A stretch of DNA of 64,000 nucleotides from Chrysomallon squamiferum (Eukaryota; Animalia; Mollusca): positions 17,546,001-17,610,000 of the forward strand of contig CM022676.1 of assembly GCA_012295275.1 (NCBI GenBank), in the 5' to 3' direction. The notes below the pieces were generated by a model, which was given only the letters and a program-made list of their open reading frames with translations, did no database searches and had not been told where the DNA came from. The position numbers and the translations under genes were made by a program. This document shows, piece after piece, positions 12,474-30,081 of this stretch (position 1 is the stretch's first letter; each line of letters begins with the position of its first letter).

Positions 12474-14099
12474 AATTGTTTCTTATTTAAAATAAGTATT
12501 TGAATGTATCACTCATAACAGTGTATCTTTGTAAAGTCTGATAAAAAAGCCATCACGATATAAACGAGTGATACAAAAGGCTAAGAAAAGCAGAAACACG
12601 ATAAGTTCAGTTATTCATAAAAAGGCTTTTAGAACACTCTTATTGTAATGCATTTGAAGCAGTCTGGTTCGATGTTAAAATGTGTATTGACAATACAAAT
12701 AAAGAGAACGCTACAGGTGGGAGAAATGGTGTAGAAAACAGGTCATGACAGACATAAAGAGGGTTGTAAGATGAAGCCAAAAGAGGGTTCAGAGGGTGTT
12801 GAGTTAGTTTAATGAGTGTTTCAAAGTGGTTTCTCTTTCAGCATCAAATTCCACATATTTCAGAGATTGGTGAGTTGTAGAGGGTAGTGTTAATTCAGGA
12901 TAATTTTCAAACAGGATATTTTTCATACATGAAAATATTTATAGGAATTACTAATTTTATCTTTATATTTAACCTTAAACCAATACTAATACTATCCCCG
13001 AATTAACTCTAAATACAAGAACGTTTCTGATATTATTTACCTGAATTTTAGGTCTACATCTGTGCAACTAAGCCTGTGATTAAGTTTATGATTAATTTCC
13101 CTCACTGTCTGTCCATAGCCTAAACCCTAATCCTAAGACCCCCCACTATCACCCTAGACGTAATACTATTCTAATACATTTCTAAACATAATCCAACCAT
13201 AACCCTGTATCCAAACAGTTTCGAGAGAAAATATAAATAAATTAATAAATAAATAATGTTATTAATAATAACAATAACAATAATGTAAATTTTATTGTGT
13301 CGTAGTAAAATAAAATTAAACTTTGCTACATTTTGTTTTATCATCTAAACAGTTTTCACATCTCTTGTTAGGTACATTACATTACATACCACGATTGTTA
13401 CACACTATTGTTTCGTAGTGACCTTAGAGTCTCCAAGAAGAGTTGAACCAACGACCTGTTTGTTTTCCAGTTCAGCAATGGCTCCAGGACTGATGTATGA
13501 AAAATCTGTTTTCAACTGTCTTTAAAAAGGTATGTATAAAATATTGTTTACTTCTAAACTGTAGAGCAGTGAGAATAGTTTTCTCCTGTCAATAAAATAG
13601 CTGTGGGTTTCAATATTAATATTTGTCATAATACAAGTGTTAAGAAATGTTTTACAATATCAAAGCGATTCATGTCGAATATTCGAATTTATTGGACACG
13701 CAGACACAGTGTGTCGAGGGAGAGAGACCTTTTAATTTATATCAAAAACAGAATACAACGACGACTACCTTTATTTTATGTGTAGTGAGTGAAGAAAAGG
13801 CAGTGCTATGTAAATAAATGATTCATGTTAAGAATAGAAGCTGTGGCGCGTATTCAGAGAGAGTTAAAACTTGTATTTTTACACTGCTCAGTTTTTCTGT
13901 TCATTCTACCTGACTGAACCACATGTCAGTCGAGAAAGTCGTATTTTTAACAGTTGTAGCGTTTATACAAGAACAGTTGTGTTTAACAGAGAAGAGTATT
14001 TCAGTGTGTGTCCGACTGCTTCTATAACAGCACATAATATAATTTAAAATAATAACAACAACAACAACAACAACAATAATAATAATAATAATAATAACA

Positions 14100-14162
<63 letters not shown>

Positions 14163-14239
14163 TGTGACGACGAAATTTAATATTTTCTTTTGTTATAAAG
14201 TTAAACACGGATATCTATGAAACTCTTTAAAAGGTATAT

Positions 14240-17990
<3,751 letters not shown>

Positions 17991-18056
17991 GTTTAAAAAG
18001 ACGTACCTCGCTGGTCCCAAGTGAGTCCACTATATGTTTCTGTGTGTGCGTGTGTG

Positions 18057-18117
<61 letters not shown>

Positions 18118-18132
18118 CTGTGTGCGTGTGTG

Positions 18133-18185
<53 letters not shown>

Positions 18186-18385
18186 NNNNNNNNNNNNNNN
18201 NNNNNNNNNNNNNNNNNNNNNNNNNNNNNNNNNNNNNNNNNNNNNNNNNNNNNNNNNNNNNNNNNNNNNNNNNNNNNNNNNNNNNNNNNNNNNNNNNNNN
18301 NNNNNNNNNNNNNNNNNNNNNNNNNNNNNNNNNNNNNNNNNNNNNNNNNNNNNNNNNNNNNNNNNNNNNNNNNNNNNNNNNNNNN
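18186..18385. other. Assembly gap (200 N)
   Basis: Run of exactly 200 N next to a (TG)n tract. Confidence 1.
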
Positions 18386-18769
18386 ACACAAACACATCAA
18401 TAAAAATACTTGCAATATTATTGAAATTAAAAACCATTAGTAGATAAGTAAATTATATAGTATTTGTAGTAATAGTAATAATAATATGGGTATAAAGTTG
18501 ATTTTCTAATTAATTTATTATGTAAGCTGTCATATTTTAGTTTCGTCAGAACCATTTGGATAACGTTAACATTACGTGAGGTCGTTCGGTGGGAGCATAG
18601 CAGCAGAAAAGTTCTGTAAAGTTATTTTAATAACTATTTCATTGATATTATTTCCCTATCTAAGAAACTGTCAAGGCATCTGACATTAATAATGTTTTCA
18701 GTGTCTCTGTTAATGTTTCTCTCTTTGTCTGTCTGTCCAGTCATGTTTGTCAATTTTAGTTCTACGAAA

Positions 18770-19790
18770 CTCAATACCGGCCCTCTCACCCGCTCCTAGA
18801 TCATTCAGAATCAGTCCCTTGCTCAAACTAACTTAAACGTGCACAGTAAACAAGAGATAATCTGTAACAACAGGATTTGAAACACTTGTCTAAGATCTCT
18901 TGTGAGATATCATATTTAATACGTAGTCACGTTTTTAATACCTCGGGTATTTCTTTTATATTATTTATTTTATTCTGTTGCTATTAGTTCTGTATTCATT
19001 CATTCATTTTTTATTTATTTATTTGTTTGTTTGTTTTTCTTTTTTGTATTATCAAAATCAAATCAATATATCATAATAATAAGTACAGACTTTATTTTTG
19101 TGGTGATGTGTAAATAAAACAAAATGTAACAGAGATGTATGGTTTCCTTAGTCATGCTAAAAACACTGAAGCCTCAGTACCGGCCCTGTTCCCCTCCTCT
19201 CTGATTGTTGTGAATCAGTCCCTTGTATAAACTAACTTGAACGTGCGCAGTAAAAAGAAGACAAAACATAATCTCTTACATCAAGATTTAAAACACGAGT
19301 CTAAGATTTCTAGTGAGGTATAGTATATTATTTAAACTAAATCGAGCGTGCACAGCAAAGAAAAGGCGAAATATGATTTGTAACACCGCGATTTAAAACA
19401 CGTGTCTCCAGATCTCCTGAGATGTATCCAGTTGAGTACCTCGTCACGTTTATCAGATATCAATCATTCCGTTTTGTTGTTTGTACGGTATCAATCAGAG
19501 AGGGGGTCAAAGAACAAACTTCTTACCTGGGAACAGAAGTTTTCCCACAATTATAAAAAAGCACGAGTCTAAGATGTCTAGTGAGTTATCATGTATTGCT
19601 TAAACTAACTCGAGCGTGCACTGAAAACAAAAGGCGAAATCTGATTTGTAGCACCGCGATTAAAAACACGTGTGTACAGGCCTCCTGAGATGGATCCAGC
19701 TTAGTACCTAGTCATGTTTTTGAGATGTGAATCATTATGTTCTGTTGTTTGTACGTATTAATGAGAGAGGAGGTCAAAGATCATCCATAA
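18770..19790 (+). repeat. Degenerate nested tandem duplication (subunit ~105 bp)
   Basis: AACTAA..[C/T]GA.CGTGC[A/G]CAG...AAAACACG.GTCT..GAT recurs near 18825, 19230, 19335 and 19605. TACCGGCCCT...GAATCAGTCCCTTG occurs at 18776 and 19178. Confidence 0.75.
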
Positions 19791-20034
19791 TATCTGAGAA
19801 CATAAAATTTTATGCAATGCGTTTTCAGTAGTAATAATAATAATAATAATTATATAACAACGACGACAACAGTAATAATAAGAATGACAACAGTAACAGT
19901 AATAATAATAACAACAACAACAATAAAGAAATAATAACAGTAATAATAACAGTAAAAACAGCAACAAGAAAACAACTAGAAAACAACATACTTCATATCT
20001 GAGAATATAAAGTTTTATACAATCCATTATTCAG

Positions 20035-20065
<31 letters not shown>

Positions 20066-20297
20066 AACACCAACGACGACAATAAGATTAATAATAACAA
20101 CAATAATAAAGGAACAATAACAGTAAGAATAACAGTAAGAACAGTAAAAACAACAACACAAAAACACCATTCTTGAGGTACACTAGAGAAATAATTTGTA
20201 TGTTCAAAAAGAAAAAACATTTTTAAAAATATATATCCTAAATAAAAACAACTACAAAAAAGGGAAAAAAGTAATTGGAAATAGCAAATAATATAAT

Positions 20298-20430
20298 ATA
20301 AAGTCAAACTGCGTTAAAAAGTCTAATTCAGTAAAAATCATTACTCTCAGTCGATATAAAAAATAACATAAAGTCAAACTGCGTTGAAAAGTATAATTCA
20401 GTAAAAATCATTATTCTCAGTCGATAAAAA
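20298..20430 (+). repeat. 70-bp tandem duplication
   Basis: AAGTCAAACTGCGTT starts at 20301 and 20371. Confidence 0.9.
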
Positions 20431-20746
20431 AATTTATTTCCCAATTTAACACTTAATTATTACACATAAAGTATTGTTAGAGATACAGCTACTTTGTAAT
20501 CTGTCTACCACATTTGAGAAGAAAAGAGTGAGTACCATTAGTACCCTCAAAATTATATTTAATTTTAAACGTTGCCAATTAATTATTTAAAAACTAATTA
20601 ATTTTATAAAATGACTGTCACAGTCTCATAACAATACATTAATAAGACACGATAACTGGTTTGTATATGGACAGTGTAAACTAACATACTTCATCGCGCC
20701 AAAAATACATCTTGTTTAAACTTGAATAGTCAACTGGCGAGTATCG

Positions 20747-20926
<180 letters not shown>

Positions 20927-21339
20927 AACCGCGAGCTCAAGATGAAATGTTTGCACTTTTTGAAGCCGTAACAAATATTGATCCACGTTCCATGTAACCA
21001 CTATAAGCAGCTAAATGAACAACATTATCATTAATGTCTTAGTACCTAAGTGAATTAACTTATTTAGGTTTAGTGTTGAAAGCAGAAGTTTGGATAAATA
21101 TGTATGGCGCACATTTTGCTTTGTTTTATTGAATTCGACGTAATGGCAGTGCGACCTAGAAATACGACAGCTATCGAACTTTATAAAGGCTTTAACAAAG
21201 TAAGGTCTACAAGCAGTGAACATGTAATTATGTCATTTATCACCCGAATCTCAATTAATTTAATTTGTGTAAAAGTTCAGAAGAACTATGTTTATTATGA
21301 AACTAATCACAGCAGTAAAACAAAGAATTTGACCTAATA

Positions 21340-22100
21340 TTTAACACAACACCTACACTAATACCTATACTGACATCTTATACTCACACGCTAACAAAAC
21401 TAAACTCAACACCTACACTAACACCTAATACTAAACTAAAACTAACACCAACTAAACATAACACCTACACTAACACCTAATACTAAACACAACACCTACA
21501 CTAACACCTAATACTAACCACAACACCTACACTAACACCTAATACTAACCACAACACCTACACTAATACCTAATACTAACCACAACACCTACACTAACAC
21601 CTAATACTAACCACAACACCTACACTAATACCTAATACTAACCACAACACCTACACTAATACCTAATACTAACCACAACACCTACACTAATACCTAATAC
21701 TAACCACAACACCTACGCTAACACATAATACTAAACCTAACAGCTATACAAACACAACACCTAATACTAAACATGACAGCTGCACTAACAGCTAATACTA
21801 AACCTAACACCTATACAAACACAACAACTACACTAACACCTAATACTAAACACAGCACTTAGACTAACACCTAATACTAAACCTAACACCTACACTAATA
21901 CTGAATATGACATTTACACTGTCAAGTAATACTAAACCCTACACCTACAAAACACCTAATACTGAAGATGACACATACACTAACAGCTAATACTAAACAT
22001 GACACCGACACTAACCCTTAATTCGAAACCTAATATCTACACTAATCTAAACCTAACACCTATATAACACCTAATAGTAAGCATTACCCCTATACTAACT
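21340..22100 (+). repeat. 31-bp C/A-rich minisatellite with degenerate flanks
   Basis: Unit AACACCTACACTAACACCTAATACTAACCAC at 21491, 21522, 21553 and onward. The core is essentially G-free on the plus strand. Confidence 0.9.
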
Positions 22101-22103
22101 CAA

Positions 22104-22138
<35 letters not shown>

Positions 22139-24567
22139 CAATAAATAAAATGAGAAAGAAATCGACTAATTAATAATAAGAAATTATAAATAAATAGATA
22201 AAGAAGTTTAAAAATATTAACAACAGTAACTAAATATATAAATTATCAACTGATTATGAAATAAAAATAAATAAAATAAAATGTTGCTGTTACACAATCA
22301 GTTGAGTTGTGAGGAAACATGGACAAGCACAGTGATGTCGTTTCTCTGTACAATTCATGTACTGCTGAGATTCATACACGTAATAGGTGAACCCATTCTC
22401 TGTGTCTCTGTATATATGTAATATGTATGTATATATTTATGGTCGATAACATTTTTTTTTTTTTTTTGTTTTTGCAGGCATTGTTGAAACATCGCATAAA
22501 CATTATTTGTTTCTGTTGTTGTTGTTGTTGAAATATGGATATTGTTAAAAAGGATCTCTTAACCAAAATTAACTACTTTAGTTTTGTTAAATACAATGCT
22601 CAGTGATATATATATATATATATATATAAGTGTTCTTTCTGAGTCATCAAGTGTGGTTTATGAATGTGTGAAAACTGGTTAAATCATGTTCTTCCAGTAT
22701 TTTATGACTTACAGAAAGGATTTATATAAACGAATATCACTGAAAATTTTCACATTGTTCCGTGACTATGAGGCAGTGAGAAAATAAATAATGCTATTAG
22801 ACAAAATACAAACTATTTATAGTTCTCTACACCTATATATTCAACAGTTATTCACTCTTCCAAGAATTTATAATAGCACCTGAAGAAATAAGAAATCAAA
22901 TTTATTGCCATAAAAGTTATTTTTGTACACAGATTTCTGATTATTTTAAACTGTTTGTTTCCTGTTATTCTAAAATAATTAGATTCTTTGTAAAAAATGG
23001 GTAGATCATATCAGCATTCATGATGTATTCAGTAATGTTATTGGAACTGTAACATTTTCAATTGATTCTAAATACAGTTTTCAGTTTAGCTAGCCAAAAT
23101 CTTTACTGCATTTCTTATTTTTTATTTTAATAAACTTTCAGTAGTTTTCTTAAGTCATACATAACATCTAATTGATAATTTATACATAAACTGATGTTTC
23201 TAGATGAACCTTCCTTTGTGAATCTAAAATATTAGACTCACATTATCTTTGTAAATAGTATAATGTCCAGTGAATTTAAACTTTTTTATATGGATGGTTC
23301 ATTGAACTTTTTATGTATTGCCTTGAAAGAATGTTGGTGTGTAATGTTTTAAAGTTAAAATGGTAGAAAAACACTATTCACATTTTATGACAGAAAACAA
23401 AGAAGTAAGCTGGCCTTCTTTGTACTGAACCAGTGATATTGATTTAAGCATTTTCACAGACACTTCTAGAGGAATCAGAAATAAAATGATTAAAAACTTC
23501 TTCATGTAAAAAATACAAATATCACCATGTGCATAATTATAAACTGACAAAATAATTCAAATTGGATGTTCAATGTTTAAAGATGGCTGCCAAAAGGTAT
23601 CATAATTACAAAAGTTGATGTACCTTAAGTTCAGATGAATATTGTAAAATACATATGAAACTTACTCTCGTATTAAAAACCAATAATAATAATAAAAATA
23701 AAAATAAGAAGAAATAAGTAAATCTGCAGAGAAAACTCGGCTAGCAATCAATGAGACTATCATCAGCTGCAGCATCAGGCTTCTGTCATGTTTCCTTGTA
23801 GTTTCAAGGGCAGCTCACTCAATTATCTTATGATTCTTAACTGAAATGTACCTGTTCTGCTATTTGCTCATTGCTTCAAGGGCTAGCCTATTTTGATTAG
23901 CTGATGTCTGAATACTTTAAGTTAATATTATGAATCAAGATATTTACGTGTCGCCTAGCATCAGAAAAAAACATTTTGTTATATTCATTTTTAAAGTAGT
24001 CTAACCATTATTTGTAGTTTCAACTACCAGTTACTACTTAATTGTGTTATACTTTTTTGTACTTGTTTTGTTTTGTTTTCTTTCTTTCTCTTTTAATATA
24101 TAATATTAGGAAATCTTTGTGAAATGCATTATAAAAATAAGAATATTAATTAATATTAACAATATTAACATTATTTTTTGTTTCTGTCAGACAATATCTA
24201 GTTTGTTTCCCGGCACTAGATATATCCAGTAAAATGAAAACAGAAGACCCTATAATTAACTATTACTTATTAAAAACTTATTTGCAGTAAACAGTAGATC
24301 CTTTGCTGCCCCCTTTGAAAAATAATCATAAAGCTAAATATGTAACAATAGTTAAGAGGAGAACTGTACAAACATCTAGAAGAATATGACAGATAATGGT
24401 ACCTGAAATGTGTGAATTAAGTGTATGTGAGGGATTGAACTAAAACATCCACTGTGATCTTTGGTTTCACTAAAAATACATAAACAACACTGAGGTTCAG
24501 GTTTATTTCTCGTTGTTTAGAATTAAAGTACCTGGGAGCTGGAAGACACCTGGGACGTTTATAAACA

Positions 24568-24785
24568 GTCACTGAGACTATCTTAACAAAAACAAAACAG
24601 TAGTGGTCTGTCAGTATTGTTCAGGTGTGTGGGATGTTGTCACTGAGACTTTCTTAACAAAAACAAGACAGTAGTGGTCTGTCAGTATTGTTCAGGTGTG
24701 TGAGATGTTGTCACTGAGACTATCTTAACAAAAACAAGACAGTAGTGGTCTGTCAGTATTGTTCAGGTGTGTGGGATGTTGTCAG
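24568..24785. repeat. 71-bp minisatellite x3
   Basis: ACTGAGACT starts at 24571, 24642 and 24713. Confidence 0.92.
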
Positions 24786-25327
24786 TGTGACTGGGGTGAA
24801 AGGTAGGTCAGCAAAGAAGACAGAACATCTGGCAAGAGAGAAAGATGTTTGAGTCAATTCTATACATTTTATTATAAATTGTCTATATTATTACACAATC
24901 GGTATAAATTAAAGACTGTAATGAAGAAAGAACTTGTGTTGATTTGATGGGAGACATTCCTAATTTATTACAATTAAAACTAAAAATTATCATCCAGCAA
25001 TGAATAAGAGGAGAAATATTTCGAAGAAAAACACCTACAGTTAACAAATCATCACATAAGAAAAAAAATAATAATAAAATAAATTTAGTGAAAAAAAAAA
25101 AAAAAAAAAAAAAAATATGACAGGAATCAAAACAGAAACAGTTTTTATTTCAGTATTAAAAGTAGGAATCAGAAAATGGCAAAATCAAAATATTGACTTA
25201 TACTAAACTATCGTTCTGGCAAAATGTAACGTTTCTCACACAATAGTAATCCGCTTGTTATTTATGGAGAGCTCAGAGGAACCTTTCCTTCTAGAGGTTC
25301 ATGTCTTTTTCCTGATTTTTTTTTTAA

Positions 25328-25393
<66 letters not shown>

Positions 25394-25944
25394 TATTATA
25401 ATTATAATAATAATAATAACAATAATATTCTTTTCAAATGAGATGATTGAAATAAGTAAAATTCACTTCATGCAGAACTATGAGGAAAAGATTGACAAAA
25501 ATAAAATGTTTCTCACATAGATGTTTTTTATGACACACATGAAATCAACAAAGAAAAAGTTACATACTGAGTGATACACAATCACTGCACTGAAAACAGC
25601 TACACATGTGTGCACATGTTCGCATAATCACATCAGTGTATTTCTTACTTAATATTAGTCTAAATGTTTGAAACTCTTAAATTACAGGAAAACAATGGCA
25701 CAGCTCAGAAATAGAAAATTACACATTTTTAAAACTCAAGAGTTTTAAATAAGCACACTGAGAAGTGTTATATTATTCAGTTGATCTGATAGAGGATGGA
25801 GATTTTGAAGACTACATAAAATTAGGGTGAGACAGAATGAATACATACAAGTGAGCAGTCTGAGAAGAAGACTTCTGTTCTGTTGATTGTCATCTGCTGG
25901 TTGAGATGTGGTAGCCTGCCTGACCACTGTGAGTCTTGTCGTCC

Positions 25945-26370
25945 ACTGGTACATTTGTACGAATCTGGTTATTTACTGATGTGGATGGGTGAGTCTGGTC
26001 ATTCACTGGTAGATTTGTAGGAGTCTGGTTGTTTACTGATGGAGATGGGTGAGTCTGGTCATTCACTTGTAGATTTGTACGAGTCTGGTTGTTTACTGAT
26101 GGAGATGGGTGAGTCTGGTCATTCACTTGTAGATTTGTACGAGTCTGGTTGTTTACTTATGTGGATGGATGAGTCTGTTCATTCACTTGTAGATTTGTAC
26201 GAGTCTGGTTGTTTAGTAATAGGGATGGATGAGTCTGGTCATTCACTGGTACATTTGTACGAGTCTGGTTGTTTACTGATCGGAATGGGCGAGTCTGGTC
26301 ATTCACTGGTAGATTTGTAGGAGACTGGTTGTTTACTGATAGGATGGGCGAGTCTGGTCATTCACTGCTG
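25945..26370. repeat. 60-bp (2x30) minisatellite, ~7 copies, peptide-like on the minus strand (VNDQTHPSPSVNNQTRTNLQ)
   Basis: GAGTCTGGTCATTCAC recurs every 60 bp (25991, 26051, 26111...). One stop and one 1-nt deletion break the frame. Confidence 0.92.
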
Positions 26371-26528
26371 GGGGTGAGGAGTCTTTTCCAGTGCTGGGTG
26401 TTCCTAGTCATGCATTGGCTGAGGTGGTGGAGTCTGTTTGTGCACCGGTGGGGGGTGTCTCATCATCTGCTGTTGGTGATGGGAGAGTCTGGTGAGGGTT
26501 GTCTTCTTCCACTCTTTGGTGTGATTAT

Positions 26529-26832
26529 CTTCATCCTGCAGACACTGAAAGGTCTGTGTGGTCTGTGTGTAGACATGAGCTGTTTCCTCTGCATCCTCCA
26601 CACACAAAACATGACGCTGAGTGTCTGAAATGCTGGACACCTGCTAGTGACAGTTTTATATTTTTCTGACTTCCACTTGTCTCTGAACAGATGTACTGAG
26701 AATGGAGTCAGATGTTCTGCTAGTGCCTCCACCAGACTTTCAGAAGTGGACGTGTGTCTCACTGTCATCAGTCAAGTCTTGCCTTGGTCTACCTGGGCTT
26801 CTTCCCACTGAGACCAAACAGCAGAGTTCAAC
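26529..26832 (-). mobile_element. Degenerate Sola2-like DDE transposase exon
   Basis: After acceptor cttacag| it reads AVWSQWEEAQVDQGKT*LMTVRHTSTSESLVEALAEHLTPFSVHLFRDKWKSEKYK, then frameshifted HVLCVED...FQCLQDE. This resembles the remembered pattern L.PFS.HLF...WQ..Q....VL.V.DFAENY.C..QDE. The family assignment is from memory. Confidence 0.6.
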
Positions 26833-26859
26833 CTGTAAGTTGCAAATACAGAATTCAGG

Positions 26860-26985
26860 GAATTTGCTGATTAAAATCACTGTTAGGCACACCAACCTTG
26901 ACACGAGGCAAATATAAAGCAGACTTGGCTGCAGAAACAGACTTTTCATTACCCCTGATACCAACATGCCTGAGTATCCCAAATA
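26860..26985 (-). mobile_element. LINE (I-group) RNase H fragment
   Basis: ILRHVGIRGNEKSVSAAKSALYLPRVKVGVPNSDF matches the RNase H C-terminal motif W[IV]PSHxGIxGNExADxAAKxAL of non-LTR retrotransposons. Confidence 0.72.
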
Positions 26986-29243
26986 AAACAACTAGTACTA
27001 ACAAAAAATAAATAAATAAAATAAAACACATGAAAATTGTTTTTATATCATCAAAGGACACTTTAACTATGAATGAATTCTTTATCTGAACTTTATCAAT
27101 GTTTAATTTAACGATGAACTATATCATTTTGTAAAACGCACAAAATTACTTATTTATTTATTGTGATCATAATTACATAAAAAGCAATACTACAGCAGAA
27201 GTAGAGTCCCATCACAGAACCTAACCAGCTGATACGTGAAACATTTACCACCATGTTTTGATTATTATCTCTGTTTTAAATGTAAGACGCATAAATAAAC
27301 ACAAAGGAAGGGAAACAACTCAGAATTTATAACAAAAAATGTAACTGGTTCATTACTGGTTTCTGTTGACTACAAATGTTTATCTCAATAAAAGAACTCA
27401 CAGTAGAAATGTGTGTCAGACATATACATTTCAAATTATATATGACTTATTAATGTAATAAACAGTTTCAAGTAGCTTATAACTGAATGTAATTATGTGT
27501 ATGTGTGTGAGTGTTTAAAAAAAAATACTCACTGGAACTTACTCGAGATTATGTCTTCTTCACTCATTCACATCAGAAATGATCACTGTAATCATCAGAG
27601 CTGTCATGTTGTGGTGTAACACAGACTTTGTCCTTGTGTGCTTGCTGCTCCTTACAAGTATGATCCTCATCTGACTCAGTCTGAAATGTTTTGTTACACT
27701 ATTGTTTTAAACCCAGGATCTAACAAAAAGTATCTTCCATCATAGCAACATACATGAAAACTGATCTTATATTAAAGCCGAAAAGAAAGAGAAAAAAAGA
27801 AAGAAATGTTTGATAGAAATACCGCTAGTGTTTCATCCCATCCAAATGTCACATCACAATTCAACTCTGGATAAGGAATTGCAATAAATGATTTTTCCAC
27901 TTTTTAACACTGCAAAAGTATAATGAGGAAATATGAGAAATGTTACAAGTTATTATTATATTTAAATAGAACAACAAATGAAAACAACAACATAGAAACA
28001 AATGTGAATATTAATAATATGCATATGATCAGCTGATGAAAACAGGTAACAAATAGAAAAAAATTATAATTTATTGTAAATTGGCAGTTTTATTATAACA
28101 ATTAGTGAGAACAGATGCCCACAAACTAAGTTTAACTGAATTACTGACACATGTAAGAACATAAATAGAAAGAACTTTACCTACACAAATTAATGTGTCA
28201 AACGATTTCAAGATTCTAAACTAAAATATATTAGAAAAATAATACAAAACACACACACAAACCACCCACCCATTGAAAAAACTTGCCTTATCAGACACAT
28301 CATCTACAATAGCTTCCAACTGCAGTAGTGACCAATTACTTTCAACTTTCCTAAACACAGAACAGATTAAGATACTGCAATATCAGGGTCAAACTAATGT
28401 TATGTAAGAATGATTCATTTTGTAATCTCTTAAGGTAGTAAGTAATAAGCTACTCTCTACTATGGATGAGACTACATCTATTGATTTATGTCACATCATT
28501 TATTTCTCTCTGTAAAATAAATATAAATGTTTCCAGTGACAACTTACAGTAAAACCCTAGTAAAAGCCCTTCTCCCTTAAACTCAGTTTTTTTACACAAA
28601 TGTCTATGCAGTTCCCAAGACTATTCACTATTATGGCTTAGTCTACATGTACTGATTTATGTCGCACCATTTAGTTATGTCTGTAGAAAGAAGGTTAATG
28701 TTGCCAATGACAACACTGAGTAACACCTGTCCTTGAACCAAGTTTTGTGATGTAAATGTCTCTTCATTTCCTACATCTACTCTTATTATGGATTAGACTA
28801 GTTATAGTGGTTTATGTCACAGCATTTATTTCTGTCTGTAGGCCACAACTAAGTGGTTTATATAGTCCATTAATAGTATCATCCCTAACAGTTAAGACCT
28901 GTGTTGTTAAATATATTTTTATAATAATAAAACCTGTGGCCTCAAATTCTACTCTCTGCTAGGAAAATATATGACATTAATATTTTGCATTTGATTTTCA
29001 GATATTATAAAATTAAACATCACAAATGTTTTAACCAACTGATACTTGAAAATATAATAATTTGAATGGAACGAAAATACGTTTACAACTTCTGTGTGGA
29101 ATATTCCCTGGTTCTTATCCCCAAAATATATGTCTGAAAGAGTTAAAAATCAGTCCCAATGTAAAAGTATTAAAGAAAATTATGTTTTCTTTTTATTTAA
29201 CTTTTCTTTTCTGAAGTAAGAACTGGCATCTAAGTTAGAAACA

Positions 29244-29457
29244 ACTGAACAATTCTAGAAGTAAATGAGTGTAATGGTGTACTGAGATCACTGACAATAC
29301 TGAACAATTCTAGAAGGAAATGAGTGTAATGGTGTATTGAGATCACTGACAATACTGAACAATTCTAGAAGTAAATGAGTGTACTGGTGTATTGAGATCA
29401 CTGACAATACTGAACAATTCTACAAGTAAATGAGTGTAATGGTGTAGTGATATCACC
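29244..29457. repeat. 55-bp minisatellite x4
   Basis: ACTGAACAATTCTA starts at 29244, 29299, 29354 and 29409. Confidence 0.92.
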
Positions 29458-30081
29458 AAGCAGTGTCTAAAGATACATGGAAAGTCAAAACTGAGATCAC
29501 TAAAGACACTGAAGAGATGAATTAGAGAATTTACTGGAAAGACATAAGTTGTGACCCATCACATAAAATCAGGTCTTAAGCTGAATTTTTTCATTGATCT
29601 GTATTTTGATATTTCATTCATTCCTGTGTTTTTCTGCTGTGTAAAAAAATAAAGAAGCTTGCAGTTGATACACATCATGTAAGATTCTCTTTTTCTCAGA
29701 AAATAAACCATCCAGCAAATAACAGTTCATAAAAGTGCTCTAAAACACACCTAGGATCAACATCTAAAAGCTTGTGTCACTCCACTAGTCACAGACACTG
29801 AAATACTTTTACTCTGCAACTTAGAACCTTTCATATGTCAGCTCACACATGTCAGTTTAAGACTAAAATAATCAAATTGTGAACAGGTTAAGTAAAAGTA
29901 ATAAAAATGTAAGAATCTTAGGAAAACACTGACAACATATGAATGTATTTTAAAAAAGGTTGTATTTTAGATTGCCGATGGATAAATCAGATAAAAGAAA
30001 ATATATACTCTGTGAGTAAGACTTTAGATTTACATTCTAGACCAATGAAATGTCTTTACTCTAAAAAGAGAAACTACTTAC

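Noticed and set aside
13421-13600. Another highly eroded SINE body
   Set aside because: Only vague similarity and no A/B boxes, so it cannot be supported.
17993-18447. Long ORFs across the N run
   Set aside because: Artefact of (TG)n plus the assembly gap.
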